A stretch of DNA of 63,887 nucleotides, counting the filler, from Basidiobolus ranarum (taxonomy: Eukaryota): the NCBI GenBank assembly GCA_040143965.1. It is 5 parts of 5 records of this genome, joined end to end, with 100 filler letters (N's around TTAATTAATTAA, not from the genome) between each part and the next. Parts side by side here need not be neighbours in the genome. Positions count along the whole stretch, not along the records: positions 51,248 to 63,887 come from JASJQH010007404.1; 4 more parts are not named here. One strand, 5' to 3'. Both the position numbers and the translations under genes were made by a program. This document shows positions 63,585 to 63,887 of this stretch, piece after piece; within the stretch, counting starts at the first letter, position 1; the number at the start of each line of letters is the position of its first letter. The notes beneath the pieces are model-generated. The model did no database searches. It had not been told where the DNA came from and worked only from the letters and a program-made list of their open reading frames with translations.

Positions 63585-63887
63585 TGTTGAAACATCTATA
63601 GAGTCATATACAGCTTAGTGTTTAGTTTGAATATATTTCGCTAAGATATCACCTGCTATTCTGAATGGGAATTTGCTTGGAAGTTTGAAGTTATACAAAT
63701 TTTGAGAACTTGTCCTAGAGGCCGCAAAATTTGCACACATGCTTCTGAGACCTTCTTTAACACACTCTACAAGTTTTATTGTTTACTCCTTGACAAAATT
63801 ATAAATGTCTCCTTTCCGCTCAATAAATCAATAAATGAAAACCACCAGTTCTTCTAGTACTCCAAATCACTTCCAACAACTCCCCAA
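63585..63887 (+). mobile_element. LTR copy 10 (runs off the window end)
   Basis: TGTTGAAAC...TATAAATGTC...CAATAAATCAATAAA...CACTTCCAACAACTCCCCAA. About 14 nt after TGTTGAAA are deleted relative to the other copies. Confidence 0.82.

Overview
Eukaryotic, AT-rich fungal DNA with short GT-AG introns. It looks like an early-diverging fungus (Basidiobolus-like), but that is inference only. The window is five contigs of about 12.7 kb (1-12731, 12832-25546, 25647-38356, 38457-51147, 51248-63887), joined by 100-nt N/TTAATTAATTAA linkers in decreasing length order, so adjacency across gaps is probably artificial. Protein genes: 3' end of a YANK/STK32-type AGC kinase, IQGAP, an F-box/LRR protein, PHO84 (cut by a gap), a secreted polysaccharide deacetylase, an F-box-like orphan, a RimJ/RimL GNAT, a secreted flavin amine oxidase, a nucleoside phosphorylase, a small secreted Cys-rich protein, a chromodomain protein, an intron-rich Gfo/Idh/MocA oxidoreductase, PKR1, a bacterial-like beta-helix carbohydrate enzyme, an ALDH8-type dehydrogenase, a 7TM protein, URA5, a group XII PLA2-like protein, ALG7, a trihelix/Myb-SANT factor and a DUF4097-like protein. 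There are two pseudogenes (NmrA-like, Zn-ADH), ten copies of a roughly 320-350 bp copia-type solo LTR (four with perfect 5-bp TSDs), and a copia integrase relic. The main feature missed by the ORF track is at about 46.3-47.8 kb on the minus strand: a spliced non-coding host gene whose six introns each carry one box C/D snoRNA (snR77, snR76, a second snR77, snR75, snR74, snR73 homologues), each with a recognisable rRNA antisense guide.
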